A stretch of 64,000 bases of DNA from Myxococcota bacterium. GTDB lineage: Bacteria > Myxococcota_A > UBA9042 > PHBI01 > JAWLBL01. The stretch is from the NCBI GenBank assembly GCA_041687695.1, contig JAWLBL010000001.1, forward strand, positions 419,461 to 483,460. Direction: 5' to 3'. The notes under the pieces were generated by a model. It worked only from the letters and a program-made list of their open reading frames with translations. It did no database searches and was not told where the DNA came from. This document shows positions 1 through 9,982 of this stretch, one piece after another; position 1 is the first letter of the stretch; the number at the start of each line of letters is the position of its first letter. Position numbers and translations under genes: made by a program.

Positions 1-801
1 GGGCAGAAGTCGACCTACCAGGGCGGCCCGAGCGAGCTGTGCAAGTACGACTGCAGCGTCGGAGGGGTGCTCAACGGCGCAGACGGCGCCGATGGCGGGG
101 GCGGCTCGGCCGGCGGCGCGGGTGGGGCCTGCAGCGCGCCGTTCGGCTCCCTGTCGAGCCAGCAGTGGGCGGCCGGCAGCGGCCAGAGCGGCGGCGCCGG
201 GAGCAACGGCACCGGCGGCATGGGCGGCGCGGCCGGCGGCGGCGTCAACAACAACAAGAGCTCGTCCTGCACGGTCGCCAACCGGCGCGGGGATCTGGGC
301 GGCACGGGCGGCGGCGGCGGCGCGGGCGGCTGCGGCGGCACCGGCGGCGGGGCCGGCGGGTCGGGCGGGGCCAGCTTCGGCGTGTTCATCGCGTCGAAGG
401 TGAGCGGCGTCGGGCCGACCCTGGTCGGCAACCAGGTGACGCGCGGCCTGGGCGGCAACGGCGGCAACGGCGGCGCCGGCGGCTCGGGCGGCAAGGGCGG
501 CACCGGCGGCACCGGCGGCCTGGCCGAGTGGCCGGCCTGGTGCGCGGGCCAGGGCGGCGCGGGCGGGCGCGGCGGGGACGGCGGACCGGGTGGCGGCGGC
601 GGCGGCGGCTGCGGCGGGCCGTCGGTCGGCATCGGCGGGCCCAACATCGGGGGCGCCGGGTACGGGTCGAGCAACGAGTTCACGCTGCCCACGACGACGG
701 CGACGGGCGGCGCGGGGGGCGTCGGCGGGCCCAGCCTGTCGGGCAGCGGCGCCGGGGCGAACGGGACCAACGGAGGGAGCGCCAATGTCCACTCGTACTG
801 A
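1..801 (+). CDS. 5'-truncated Gly-rich/Cys-containing surface protein (C-terminal polyglycine region), paralog of the downstream gene
   Basis: Frame 1 is open from base 1 (GQKSTYQGGPSELCKYDC...) to TGA at 799-801. The GGxGGxG-rich tail shares GGGGAGGCGGTGGGAGGSGGAS with the next gene. Confidence 0.85.
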   Translation, partial: GQKSTYQGGPSELCKYDCSVGGVLNGADGADGGGGSAGGAGGACSAPFGSLSSQQWAAGSGQSGGAGSNGTGGMGGAAGGGVNNNKSSSCTVANRRGDLGGTGGGGGAGGCGGTGGGAGGSGGASFGVFIASKVSGVGPTLVGNQVTRGLGGNGGNGGAGGSGGKGGTGGTGGLAEWPAWCAGQGGAGGRGGDGGPGGGGGGGCGGPSVGIGGPNIGGAGYGSSNEFTLPTTTATGGAGGVGGPSLSGSGAGANGTNGGSANVHSY

Positions 802-3800
802 GGTCGGCGGCGCCCAGGGGCGCCTTGTCATGGTGTGGCGCGCCCTGGTGATGGCGGCGTCTGTGGCGCTCGCGGCGGCCTGCGGGGACGCCACGACCGA
901 GCAGCGGACCGTCGAGGGGTGCGCGGACGGGGCCTGCCCCTGCGTGTTCACCAGCGAGTGTCCGGGCGCGATGGCGTGCGTGAACGGGGCCTGCTCGGCG
1001 AACGCGCCGGTGCTCAGCGACGCGACGGGCGGCAAGGACGCGGCGGCCGACGCGGCGGTCCCCGACGCGGTCGCAGCGGACGGAGGCGACGCCGGCGACG
1101 GCGGCGCGGGCGAGGTCGACGCTGGCCCCGGGCTGACGCCGTTCGCCGGGTTCTGCGAGAACAACGGCGACTGCGCGACCGGCTGGTGCATCGACGCGTC
1201 GGACGGGGCGTACTGCACGCGCCTGTGCTCCGACGGCTGCCCCGAGGGGTGGGCGTGCAAGCAGGACGAGGGCGCCATCGACCCGGTGGCGCTGTGCGTG
1301 AAGACCAAGAGCACGCTGTGCCAGCCGTGCGCGAACGATCTCGCCTGCGGGGATCTGGGCGACCGGTGCCTGGACATCGGCGGCGGGCGGTTCTGCGGGC
1401 GGGACTGCTCGCTGACGCCGTGCCCGGGCGGCTACACCTGCGAGGAGGTGGCCATCGAGGGCGGCGTCAGCAGCCAGTGCGTGCCGCTGAACGGGACGTG
1501 CGACTGCACGGCCGAGACGGCGGGGACCACCAAGGGCTGCCAGCTGACCAACGCCGAGGGGACCTGCTTCGGCGAGGCGACCTGCGACCCGGGCCTGGGC
1601 TGGGTCGGGTGCGACGCCGAGACGCCGGCGGCCGAGGTCTGCAACGGCGTCGACGACGACTGCGACGGCCTGACCGACGAGGGCATGCCGGCGGGGCCGT
1701 GCACGGTCGAGAGCGAGCTGGGGACGTGCAGCGGGACGCAGACCTGTCAGGGGGTGCTGGGGTGGCTGTGCTCGGCCAAGACGCCGGCCGAGGAGGTCTG
1801 CAACGGCCTGGACGACGACTGCGACGGCCAGGTCGACGAGGGGTTCACCGACGCCGAGGGGCAGTTCGCGAGCGTCGACCACTGCGGCAGCTGCGGGGCC
1901 TCGTGCGTAGCGAAGTTCCCGGGGGCCGCCGAGGTGGCCTGCGACGCGAGCGGGGCGGCGCCCGTGTGCGTGCTGGTGGCGTGCGCGCCGGGGTTCGTGG
2001 CCTACGGCGACAAGAGCTGCATCAGCGAGGACGCGCAGCTGTGCCAGCCGTGCTCGAGCGACGCGCAGTGCTTCGGCGACGGATCGCGGTGCGTGCAGGT
2101 CTCCGAGACCGACCCACGGACCTTCTGCGCGCGGGACTGCAGCGAGGCGGGCGGGCTGTCGACGACGTGCCCGGCGGGGTACGCGTGCACGGCGCTCGAG
2201 GACGGCTCCGAGCAGTGCCTGCCGGAGAGCGAGAGCTGTGACTGCACGGCCGGCAACGCGGGGCAGACCAAGGCCTGCCTGGCCACGAACGACGTGGGGA
2301 CGTGCTTCGGCGTCGAGACCTGCGACCCGGCGGTCGGCTGGACCGGCTGCACGGCGGCGACGCCGGCGGACGAGGTGTGCAACGGCGTCGACGACGACTG
2401 CGACGGGTTCGTGGACGAGGACCTGCCCACGGGCGGGCCGTGCCAGGTCGACAATGACTTCGGCACGTGCGCCGGGACGCTGGTGTGCGGCGGCGCGGCC
2501 GGGATGGTGTGCGACGCGGCGACGCCCGCGGCCGAGACCTGCAACGGCCTGGACGACGACTGCGACGGCGAGGTCGACGAGGGGTTCGCGGTGGCGTTCG
2601 GCGACCCGCCGGTCCTCAAGTACGGCGAGAGCGTCGAGCACTGCGGGACCTGCGGCTACGCGTGCCCGGACATCCCGAACGGCGTGGCGGGCTGCGACCC
2701 GTCGCCCGAGGTGCCGGCCTGCTACGCGGCCGCGTGTGATCCCGGGTACTTCAGCTTCCTGGGGCTGGCCTGCGTGCCGCTGCCGACCGGCAACCAGTGC
2801 GCGGTGTGCGCGAGCGACGCGGACTGCCAGGGGCCGGGCGACCGGTGCGTGGACGAGGGCGCCGAGGGGGCGTTCTGCGGGCGCGACTGCGGCGCGGGCA
2901 GCATCTACGGGACGGACGAGGCGCCGTGCACGGGCGAGGCCGGCGTGCAGGGGTGCTGCCCGGCGGGGAACGTGTGCGCGGACGTGGACGGGGCCAAGCT
3001 GTGCCGGCCGGTGAGCGGCACGTGCGGGTGCATCGAGGACGGCAAGGTCGAGGCCTGCGTGCAGACCAACGCGTTCGGGACGTGCACGGGGGTCAGGACG
3101 TGCGAGCTGGACGGCGCCAGCCCCGGGTGGACCGGGTGCAGCGCGGCGACGCCGGCGGCCGAGGTCTGCAACGGCGTCGACGACGACTGCGACGGCAAGG
3201 TGGACGCGTCGGACGACTCGATGTCGGTGACCAGCACGCCCACCGGGACGGCCGAGTGCGAGACCGGGCCGGCGTGCCAGGGGACGTGGCAGTGCGTGGC
3301 GGGCGGCTGGGCGTGCTCGGCCAAGGCGGCGACGGACGAGGTGTGCAACGGCCAGGACGACGACTGCGACGGGCAGCCGGACGAGGACTTCCTGGTCGGG
3401 GGCCTGTACGTGCACGAGGCGCACTGCGGGGCGTGCGGCTACGCGTGCCAGGCGCTGGTGGCGCACGCCGAGGCGACCGAGTGCGCGGCGCTCGACGGGG
3501 TGCCGACGTGCCTGGCGACCGCGTGCGAGGAGGGCTACTACCCGTGGAACGGCGGGCGGGCGTGCCTGCCGCTGCCGGACAACCTGTGCCAGCCGTGCGT
3601 GAGCGACGCCGGGTGCCTGGTGCCGGGCAGCCAGTGCATCACGGCGGGCGCCGAGAAGTTCTGCGGGCGCAGCTGCGCGCCGGGGTCGCCCTTCGGGACG
3701 GGCTGCCCGGACGGCTACGCGTGCCAGGCGGTCGGCGGCGGGCAGCAGTGCGTGCCGGTCAGCGGGTCGTGCGTGTGCGCCGAGGGGACGGTCGGGCTGG

Positions 3801-5842
3801 TGCGGTCGTGCGCGGACGGCGGGTGCATCGGGCTGCAGACCTGCGTGGACCAGGGCGGCGGCGTGTACGGGTTCACCGCGTGCAGCGCCGAGGGGGTCAT
3901 CCCCGAGGTGTGTGACGGGGTCGACAACGACTGCGACGGGCAGGTCGACGAGGGCTTCGTCGGGCCCGGCGGCGGCTACACGTCGGACGAGAGCTGCGGG
4001 GTGTGCGGCAACAACTGCCTGCTGCGCTTCACCGAGGCGGTGCACCACGCCGTCGGCGCCTGCGACGCCGGGGCCAGCCCGCCGACCTGCCAGATCGCGC
4101 AGTGCACGCAGGTGGTCGAGGGCGGGACCACCTACGAGTTCGTGGACGTCAACGACGTGCTCGACGACGGGTGCGAGTGCAAGCGGGTGGCGGGCAACCT
4201 GACGGTGGACCCGCCGGACCCGGACGGCGTCGACGAGAACTGCGACGGGGTCGACGGGGTCGCCGACCACGCGCTGTTCGTGCGGTCGGGCGTCAGCGCG
4301 TCGGGCGACGGCTCCCTCGAGGCGCCGTTCGCGACGGTGAACCAGGCGCTGGCCGCCTTCGGCGCGTCGGGCAAGGCCTACATCCTGGTGGCCGCCGGCG
4401 TGTACGACGAGAACGTCGCGTTGAGCGAGGGCGTGGCGCTGTACGGCGGCTACGCGCCCGACTTCGCGACGCGCAACCCCGAGACCTTCCCGACCGAGCT
4501 GCGCGGGCAGCAGCCGGACTTCGGCGGTGGCACGCCGGCGCACGGCACGGTGCGCGCGGTGGGCATCACCGGGGCCCAGACGGTCGTCGACGGGTTCGTC
4601 ATCGTCGGCTACGACGTGCTGGCGACGGCCGGGGCCGGCCAGCACGGACACGCCAGCTATGCGGTGTACGTGATGGACAGCGACGACAGCCTGGTGCTGC
4701 GCGGCAACGTCATCGTGGGCGGCGCGGGCGGCCAGGGCGGCCAGGGCAGCCAGGGCACGGCCGGGTACGGGGCCACCAGCGGCGGCGGCGGGGCCTTGAA
4801 GGGCGCCAACGGCCTCGACGCGGGGGGCTGCATCAGCAGCTGCACCACCCAGAGCGCCAATGGCGGCGCGGGCGGCGTCAACAGCCAGTGCTCGGGGGCC
4901 AACGGCCACCAGGGCGGCGGCGTGACGTGCCCGGTCTACGACCAGCCCTCGTGGGTGCCGCCCGATCCCAGCGTGGACGGCGGCCCGGGGTACTCGTGGA
5001 CGCTCGACAGCCAGAGCTCGAACAGCTGCGGGAGCCACGCGACCGAGGCCGGCTACCCGGACAACATCAAGCAGCTCAACGGCGGCAACGGCAAGCCGGG
5101 CGCCGACGGGAGCCTGGGCCTGCAGGGCGCCGGGTGCGCGCTGGCGCAGGGCAGCTTCGCGAGCGGCCAGTGGGTGCCCGGGGCGGCGCAGAGCGGCGCA
5201 GGCGGGGCCAGCGGCGGCGCGGGCGGCGCGGGCGGCTCGTCCGGGGGCATCGACTCGGCCGACGCGGCCGACATGCCCGACGGGGTGGGCGCCAAGTCGT
5301 CCAAGCGGTTCAAGCTGGGCGCGACGGGCGGCGGCGGCGGCGCGGGCGGCTGCGGCGGCACGGGCGGCGGGGCCGGCGGGTCGGGCGGGGCGAGCATCGC
5401 GGTGTTCGTGGGCTTCTCGGCGCCGGGCGTGGTCGCGGCGGCGCCGGTGCTCGATGACAACGTGATCGAGCGCGGCGAGGGCGGCGGCGGCGGCTACGGC
5501 GGCTACGGCGGCGCGGGCGGCATCGGCGGCGACGGCGGCGTGGGCGGCGACGCGGACGGCTACTGGATCGACTTCCGGGCGGGCAACGGCGGGCGCGGCG
5601 GGCGCGGCGGCGAGGGCGGCGGCGGCGGCGGTGGCTGCGGCGGGGCGTCCATCGGGCTGGCGGTCGTCGGGCATCCGGCGGGGTGGAGCCTGGGCTACGA
5701 GGCCGACAACGCGTTCGCGTTGGACGAGGCCGTCGAGACGGGCGGGCCCGGCGGGCTGCCGGGACCCTCCGGGCAGGCGAACGCGGCGAGCGAGGGCGCC
5801 ACGGGGGCCTCGGTCAACCAGCTGCTGGTCCCCGCGCCGTGA
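785..5842 (+). CDS. Giant Cys-rich lipoprotein with MopE-like putative metal-binding repeats (E-x-C-N/D-G-x-D-D/N-D-C-D-G) and a Gly-rich C-terminus
   Basis: ATG 785 follows a GGAGGGAG RBS. Lipobox LAAAC, 7 full repeats plus 1 partial, then a LFV-SGDGSLEAPFATV-GVYDE-LYGGY beta-helix-like segment and a polyglycine tail. Confidence 0.85.
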   Translation: MSTRTEVGGAQGRLVMVWRALVMAASVALAAACGDATTEQRTVEGCADGACPCVFTSECPGAMACVNGACSANAPVLSDATGGKDAAADAAVPDAVAADGGDAGDGGAGEVDAGPGLTPFAGFCENNGDCATGWCIDASDGAYCTRLCSDGCPEGWACKQDEGAIDPVALCVKTKSTLCQPCANDLACGDLGDRCLDIGGGRFCGRDCSLTPCPGGYTCEEVAIEGGVSSQCVPLNGTCDCTAETAGTTKGCQLTNAEGTCFGEATCDPGLGWVGCDAETPAAEVCNGVDDDCDGLTDEGMPAGPCTVESELGTCSGTQTCQGVLGWLCSAKTPAEEVCNGLDDDCDGQVDEGFTDAEGQFASVDHCGSCGASCVAKFPGAAEVACDASGAAPVCVLVACAPGFVAYGDKSCISEDAQLCQPCSSDAQCFGDGSRCVQVSETDPRTFCARDCSEAGGLSTTCPAGYACTALEDGSEQCLPESESCDCTAGNAGQTKACLATNDVGTCFGVETCDPAVGWTGCTAATPADEVCNGVDDDCDGFVDEDLPTGGPCQVDNDFGTCAGTLVCGGAAGMVCDAATPAAETCNGLDDDCDGEVDEGFAVAFGDPPVLKYGESVEHCGTCGYACPDIPNGVAGCDPSPEVPACYAAACDPGYFSFLGLACVPLPTGNQCAVCASDADCQGPGDRCVDEGAEGAFCGRDCGAGSIYGTDEAPCTGEAGVQGCCPAGNVCADVDGAKLCRPVSGTCGCIEDGKVEACVQTNAFGTCTGVRTCELDGASPGWTGCSAATPAAEVCNGVDDDCDGKVDASDDSMSVTSTPTGTAECETGPACQGTWQCVAGGWACSAKAATDEVCNGQDDDCDGQPDEDFLVGGLYVHEAHCGACGYACQALVAHAEATECAALDGVPTCLATACEEGYYPWNGGRACLPLPDNLCQPCVSDAGCLVPGSQCITAGAEKFCGRSCAPGSPFGTGCPDGYACQAVGGGQQCVPVSGSCVCAEGTVGLVRSCADGGCIGLQTCVDQGGGVYGFTACSAEGVIPEVCDGVDNDCDGQVDEGFVGPGGGYTSDESCGVCGNNCLLRFTEAVHHAVGACDAGASPPTCQIAQCTQVVEGGTTYEFVDVNDVLDDGCECKRVAGNLTVDPPDPDGVDENCDGVDGVADHALFVRSGVSASGDGSLEAPFATVNQALAAFGASGKAYILVAAGVYDENVALSEGVALYGGYAPDFATRNPETFPTELRGQQPDFGGGTPAHGTVRAVGITGAQTVVDGFVIVGYDVLATAGAGQHGHASYAVYVMDSDDSLVLRGNVIVGGAGGQGGQGSQGTAGYGATSGGGGALKGANGLDAGGCISSCTTQSANGGAGGVNSQCSGANGHQGGGVTCPVYDQPSWVPPDPSVDGGPGYSWTLDSQSSNSCGSHATEAGYPDNIKQLNGGNGKPGADGSLGLQGAGCALAQGSFASGQWVPGAAQSGAGGASGGAGGAGGSSGGIDSADAADMPDGVGAKSSKRFKLGATGGGGGAGGCGGTGGGAGGSGGASIAVFVGFSAPGVVAAAPVLDDNVIERGEGGGGGYGGYGGAGGIGGDGGVGGDADGYWIDFRAGNGGRGGRGGEGGGGGGGCGGASIGLAVVGHPAGWSLGYEADNAFALDEAVETGGPGGLPGPSGQANAASEGATGASVNQLLVPAP

Positions 5843-5956
5843 GGCGGGCGCGGCGCGCCGACCGGGGTGTCGGCGCGTCGCCATCGGGACTGGCTCGCGG
5901 CAGGAAGGTCAGCGCTGGTATGCTCCCGGCGATCCCCCTGGACCGCCGAGGAGCCC

Positions 5957-6346
5957 ATGCCGCACGACCCCGACGAGATCGAAGCCCTCAACGAGCTCGA
6001 CGCGCTGCTGAACGACCGGGACGACGCGCTCGAGGCGCGCTTCCGCGAGCTGGAGCGTGAGCACGACCTGAACCGGATGCGCCGGGGAGGCGACGCGAGC
6101 CGGGGAGGCGACGCGGGCCGGCGCGAGCGAGCGCGAGCGGCCGACGAGGACCCGCTGGCCGATCTGAAGGCGCGCATGGACGGGGGCGGGGGCGCGCGGC
6201 CCTCCGGCGAGGTCGAGCGCGTGGTCCTGGCGCTGTGCCCGCGCTGCGGCGCGAAGAACCGCATCCCGTACGCGCGCGTGGCCACCGGCGAGCCGCGCTG
6301 CGGCGCCTGCAAGGCCGAGCTCATCCACGATCGCCCCAAGCGCTGA
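5957..6346 (+). CDS. Small protein with acidic coiled-coil N-terminus and TrxC-like Zn ribbon (CPRCGAKNRIP...PRCGACK)
   Basis: GAGGAG RBS before ATG 5957. Two CxxC pairs with the thioredoxin-2 N-terminal zinc-finger signature. Confidence 0.75.
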   Translation: MPHDPDEIEALNELDALLNDRDDALEARFRELEREHDLNRMRRGGDASRGGDAGRRERARAADEDPLADLKARMDGGGGARPSGEVERVVLALCPRCGAKNRIPYARVATGEPRCGACKAELIHDRPKR

Positions 6347-6484
6347 CCGGCGGGCGCGGCGCGGAGCGGACGGTGCCGCGAACCCACAGCCATGAGCGCG
6401 CGTCCAGATCCGGGACGCATTCTTCGCTTGGCGCCGCCGTGACGTTCTCGCAGGATGCGCGGCGAACAGCCATCCGGAGCGCTC

Positions 6485-7657
6485 ATGTCCATGATTCCCA
6501 CGGCCGGCCTCCGCGCCGCCGCCGTCGCCGCCGTCGCGTCCGTGGCCCTGCCGGCCATCGCCGCCGAGCCCACCTACGTGCCCAAGGAGATCAAGGCGCG
6601 CGACGCCCGGCCCTTCGGCTGGGACAGCTCGCTCACCCTGGGCGCCACGGTCAGCCTGAGCTCCAACGACGCGGTCGTCGGCAAGCCGGACGGCACCTCC
6701 TACACCTTCGGCCTGACGCTGGTCGGCGGCCTCGACTACTACCGCGACCGCCACGACTGGCGCACGACCCTGCAGGTCGCCGAGGTCTTCACGCGCACGC
6801 CGGTCCTCGACGCCTTCGTCAAGACGATCGACACGCTGATCGTCGAGAGCATCTACTACCACCTGCTCAGCGAGCACATCGGCCCCTTCGCGCGCTTCAA
6901 CCTGGAGACCTCGGTCTTCCCGGGTGAGGACCTGCGCGGGGCCCCCGTCACCTACTCGGTCACGCGCCTCGACGGGACCGTCTTCACCGTCGACGGCAGC
7001 TCGCTCGATCTCACCGACCCCTTCACGCCGCTGTTCCTCAAGGAGTCCGTCGGCGTGTTCCTGCGGCCCTTCGCCGCCAACGAGCTGCGGGCCGAGCTGC
7101 GGGCCGGCGTGGGCGCGCGCCAGGTCGTCGCGACGGACGCGCTGGCCATCCGGGACGGCGACGGGACGCCCGAGATCGAGGTGGTCGAGCTGGACAGCTA
7201 CGTCCAGGCGGGCGCCGAGCTGGCCGCCGTGATGTCGGGCAAGGTGATGGAGGACCGGGTCAGCTGGGAGGCCAAGGCCGAGCTGATGCTGCCGCTCATC
7301 AACGACGACGACACGCGCAGCTCGCTCGATCTGCTCAACGTGCGCCTCGAGGGCCGGGTCTCGTTCAAGCTGGTCGACTGGGCCTCGCTGGACTACGTCG
7401 CGCTGGCGGTCCGCGAGCCGCAGCTGCTGCAGGACTTCCAGCTCTCGCACAACCTGCTGCTGACCTTCGCCTACACCCTGCTCGAGAAGGGCGACGTCGC
7501 GCCGGAGCCGGAGCCGGAGCCGGAGCCCGTGCCGCCGGTCGAGCCCGCGCCGGCCGCCGAGCCCGCGCCGGCCGCCGAGCCCGCCCCGGCCGCCGAGCCC
7601 GCGCCGACGGAACCCGTCGAGCCCGTGGATCAGCAGTTCCCGCCGCTGTCCGAGTAG
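6485..7657 (+). CDS. Probable outer-membrane beta-barrel protein (DUF3078/DUF481-like) with Pro/Glu-rich tail
   Basis: Signal peptide (ALPAIA-AE), alternating amphipathic strands, C-terminal PEPE and EPAPAA repeats. Confidence 0.65.
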   Translation: MSMIPTAGLRAAAVAAVASVALPAIAAEPTYVPKEIKARDARPFGWDSSLTLGATVSLSSNDAVVGKPDGTSYTFGLTLVGGLDYYRDRHDWRTTLQVAEVFTRTPVLDAFVKTIDTLIVESIYYHLLSEHIGPFARFNLETSVFPGEDLRGAPVTYSVTRLDGTVFTVDGSSLDLTDPFTPLFLKESVGVFLRPFAANELRAELRAGVGARQVVATDALAIRDGDGTPEIEVVELDSYVQAGAELAAVMSGKVMEDRVSWEAKAELMLPLINDDDTRSSLDLLNVRLEGRVSFKLVDWASLDYVALAVREPQLLQDFQLSHNLLLTFAYTLLEKGDVAPEPEPEPEPVPPVEPAPAAEPAPAAEPAPAAEPAPTEPVEPVDQQFPPLSE

Positions 7658-7670
7658 CGCGTCGGCCTCG

Positions 7671-7885
7671 AGGGCCATCGCAAAGTCCGTCGAGCGTTGC
7701 GCGCAGCGAGCTGCGCGATCCACGAGCCCCAGCGAGCTGGGGCAGTCCGTCAAGACACGCCGGCAAGAATCCACCTCAGAGAGCGACGACCGGACTGCAC
7801 GAGCTCGCTCGTGCTCCGGCGTAGCGCGGCTCGCCGCGCTAGATGCGAGGCGTGGCGAATCCATTGACGACTTTGCGACCGCCCT
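7671..7885. mobile_element. MITE-like element 1 (215 bp)
   Basis: Imperfect TIR AGGGCCATCGCAAAGTCCGTCGA ... TTGACGACTTTGCGACCGCCCT. Exact 12-bp flanking direct repeat GCGTCGGCCTCG at 7659-7670 and 7886-7897. Four internal hairpins. Confidence 0.8.
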
Positions 7886-7941
7886 GCGTCGGCCTCGCTC
7901 CCGTGTTGACGGCAGGCCGCCGGTGGGCTGAATTGCGCGAC

Positions 7942-8979
7942 ATGCATCCCCAGCCCACCGACGCGCCCATCGTCACCGAGCTCGACCTCGCCGCCCTCCC
8001 CTCCGGCCAGACCTCGCGCGTCTGGATCGCCATGGGCGAGGACGGCCGCGGCGCGCCGCTGCTCGTGCCCTGCCTGGTCGCGCGCGGCCAGGCCCCCGGC
8101 CCGGTCGTCGGCCTGACCGCCGCCATCCACGGCAACGAGCTCAACGGCATGCCGATCATCCACCGCCTGTTCCGTCAGCTCGACGCTGCGGCGCTGGTCG
8201 GCGCGGTCATCGGCGTGCCCGTCCTGAACCTGCCGGGTTTCCTGCGCAGCCAGCGCGAGTTCCTCGAGGGCAAGGACCTCAACCGCATCATGCCGGGCCG
8301 CCCGGGTGGCAGCTCGGCCGAGGTCTACGCCCACAACATCCTCAGCCGCATCGTCGGCCGCTTCGACGTCCTCATCGACCTCCACACGGCCAGCTTCGGT
8401 CGCGTCAACTCGCTGTACGTGCGGGCCGACATGGACGACCCGGTGGTCGCGCGGATGGCGCGCCTGCAAAACCCGCAGATCATCGTGCACAACCGGGGCG
8501 GCGACGGGACCCTGCGCGGCGCGGCGGCTCAGCGCGGCATCCCGTCCATCACGGTCGAGGCCGGCGACCCGCAGCGCTTCCAGCGCGCGGTCATCGACAC
8601 GTCCATCCTGGGGCTGCGCAACGTGCTCGAGGATCTCGACATGCTGCCGCCGGACGAGCACGAGCCCGTCGAGCCGGTGCTGTGCGAGCGCTCGTACTGG
8701 CTGTACACCGATCGCGGCGGGGTGCTCGAGGTGCTGCCCGGACTTGCGGTGCGCGTGACGCGCGGCGAGGTCATCGCGCGGCTGCGCGATTTGTTCGGCG
8801 ACGTCGTCTGCGAGTACCGCGCGCCCGAAGACGGCGTGGTGGTCGGCAAGAGCACCAACCCGGTCGCCGAGACCGGGGCGCGCATCCTGCACCTGGGGGT
8901 GGTCGTCGAGCGCGCCGGGCCGGTGGCCCCGACGTCCCTCAAGCGGCTCCGGGATCTGGTCGCCTCGCGCGCCGCCTGA
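7942..8979 (+). CDS. Succinylglutamate desuccinylase/aspartoacylase (M14) family protein
   Basis: Motifs AIHGNE, DLNRIMPG, IDLHTA and ITVEAG, plus a C-terminal lipoyl-like domain. Confidence 0.9.
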   Translation: MHPQPTDAPIVTELDLAALPSGQTSRVWIAMGEDGRGAPLLVPCLVARGQAPGPVVGLTAAIHGNELNGMPIIHRLFRQLDAAALVGAVIGVPVLNLPGFLRSQREFLEGKDLNRIMPGRPGGSSAEVYAHNILSRIVGRFDVLIDLHTASFGRVNSLYVRADMDDPVVARMARLQNPQIIVHNRGGDGTLRGAAAQRGIPSITVEAGDPQRFQRAVIDTSILGLRNVLEDLDMLPPDEHEPVEPVLCERSYWLYTDRGGVLEVLPGLAVRVTRGEVIARLRDLFGDVVCEYRAPEDGVVVGKSTNPVAETGARILHLGVVVERAGPVAPTSLKRLRDLVASRAA

Positions 8980-9949
8980 GCGCCGCCAGGGCCAGCCCCG
9001 CCAGCCACCCCGCCGCGCCCCCGCCGCCGCCGCTACAGCCGTCATCGGGCCGCGGCGCGCACAGGGCCTGCGTCACCTCGAGCTCGGGCTGGTCCTCCTC
9101 GGGCACCTCGAGGTCGTCGTGGTCGAAGCAGACGCGCCCGACGCCGCCGCTCTGGTCGACGAGGTTGCGCTCCTCGACCGCGATGCAGTAGCGGTCCAAC
9201 GCGATGTCGACCTGGGCGTCCACGAACCCCTGGGCCCCGTTGCTGCTGGGGAAGAAGGGGGTCAGCGCGTACCCGACGGGCCCCTCGAGCCATGCGCGGT
9301 AGACGATGTAGGGCATCGTGGGCGACGTGATGACGAAGGGAAAGGTGAGGCGCGCCAGCGGCAGCGGCGTGCGCGAGAGCTGGCAGGCGTCACACACGCC
9401 TTCGATGCAGATCGCGTGGCCAGGGTCCGGACAGCAGACCTCGGTCGCGTGTACCCAGTGCGACAGCGACTCCAGCGCGACCGTGGGCGCCTGACCGCGA
9501 CGCATGGTCTGGTCGAGCGCGACGAAGGTGCCCGAGACGGACCGATCCCCCATCGAGAACGGGCTGCCCCAGGCTTCGGCCAGCGCGTCGTTGCGGGCGA
9601 GGACGGTCACCGTGTGCTCGACGTTCAGGGCGAGCGGCGCGAGCGGCCGCCAGATCAGCACGCCGTGGTCCTCGTCCCAGCGGGTGGAGCCCTGGACGCC
9701 GCCACCGGGACCCGTCACGTCGACCTGGAGGTAGGCCACGGCGTCGGCGGCCGTGCGGCCGGGGGCGTTGGAGCCGTCGGCGCTGAAGGTGGCGCCGAGG
9801 ACCAGGCCGCCGTCCGCGGGGATCTGCACGCCGCTGGGGATCCAGCCGAGCGTCCAGAAGTTGGCGGGGACCTCCACCGGGAAGCCCGGGGCGGCGGGGG
9901 CCTCGGCGACCAAGCTCAACGCGACGAACAGGGCGGTCCGGGCGATCAA
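8939..9949 (-). CDS. Secreted Ig-like/Cys-cluster protein with MYXO-CTERM-like tail
   Basis: TTG start after AGGAG. Ends in DGCSGGGGGAAGWLAGLALAALRRRARR. Paralog of the adjacent gene. Confidence 0.75.
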   Translation of the reverse strand: MIARTALFVALSLVAEAPAAPGFPVEVPANFWTLGWIPSGVQIPADGGLVLGATFSADGSNAPGRTAADAVAYLQVDVTGPGGGVQGSTRWDEDHGVLIWRPLAPLALNVEHTVTVLARNDALAEAWGSPFSMGDRSVSGTFVALDQTMRRGQAPTVALESLSHWVHATEVCCPDPGHAICIEGVCDACQLSRTPLPLARLTFPFVITSPTMPYIVYRAWLEGPVGYALTPFFPSSNGAQGFVDAQVDIALDRYCIAVEERNLVDQSGGVGRVCFDHDDLEVPEEDQPELEVTQALCAPRPDDGCSGGGGGAAGWLAGLALAALRRRARRPDPGAA

Positions 9950-9982
9950 CGGGGCTCCTGGGCAGCGCAGACGCCTCGAGTC

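Noticed and set aside
1..801. Mycobacterial PE-PGRS assignment for the Gly-rich proteins
   Set aside because: The similarity is compositional; the complete paralog has a lipobox and no PE domain, and the context is diderm myxobacterial-like.
680..5884. Very long antisense or alternate-frame ORFs (also 11113-13911, 16922-19813, 37527-42224, 48417-51143)
   Set aside because: These are shadow ORFs expected at this GC content, lying opposite motif-supported genes.
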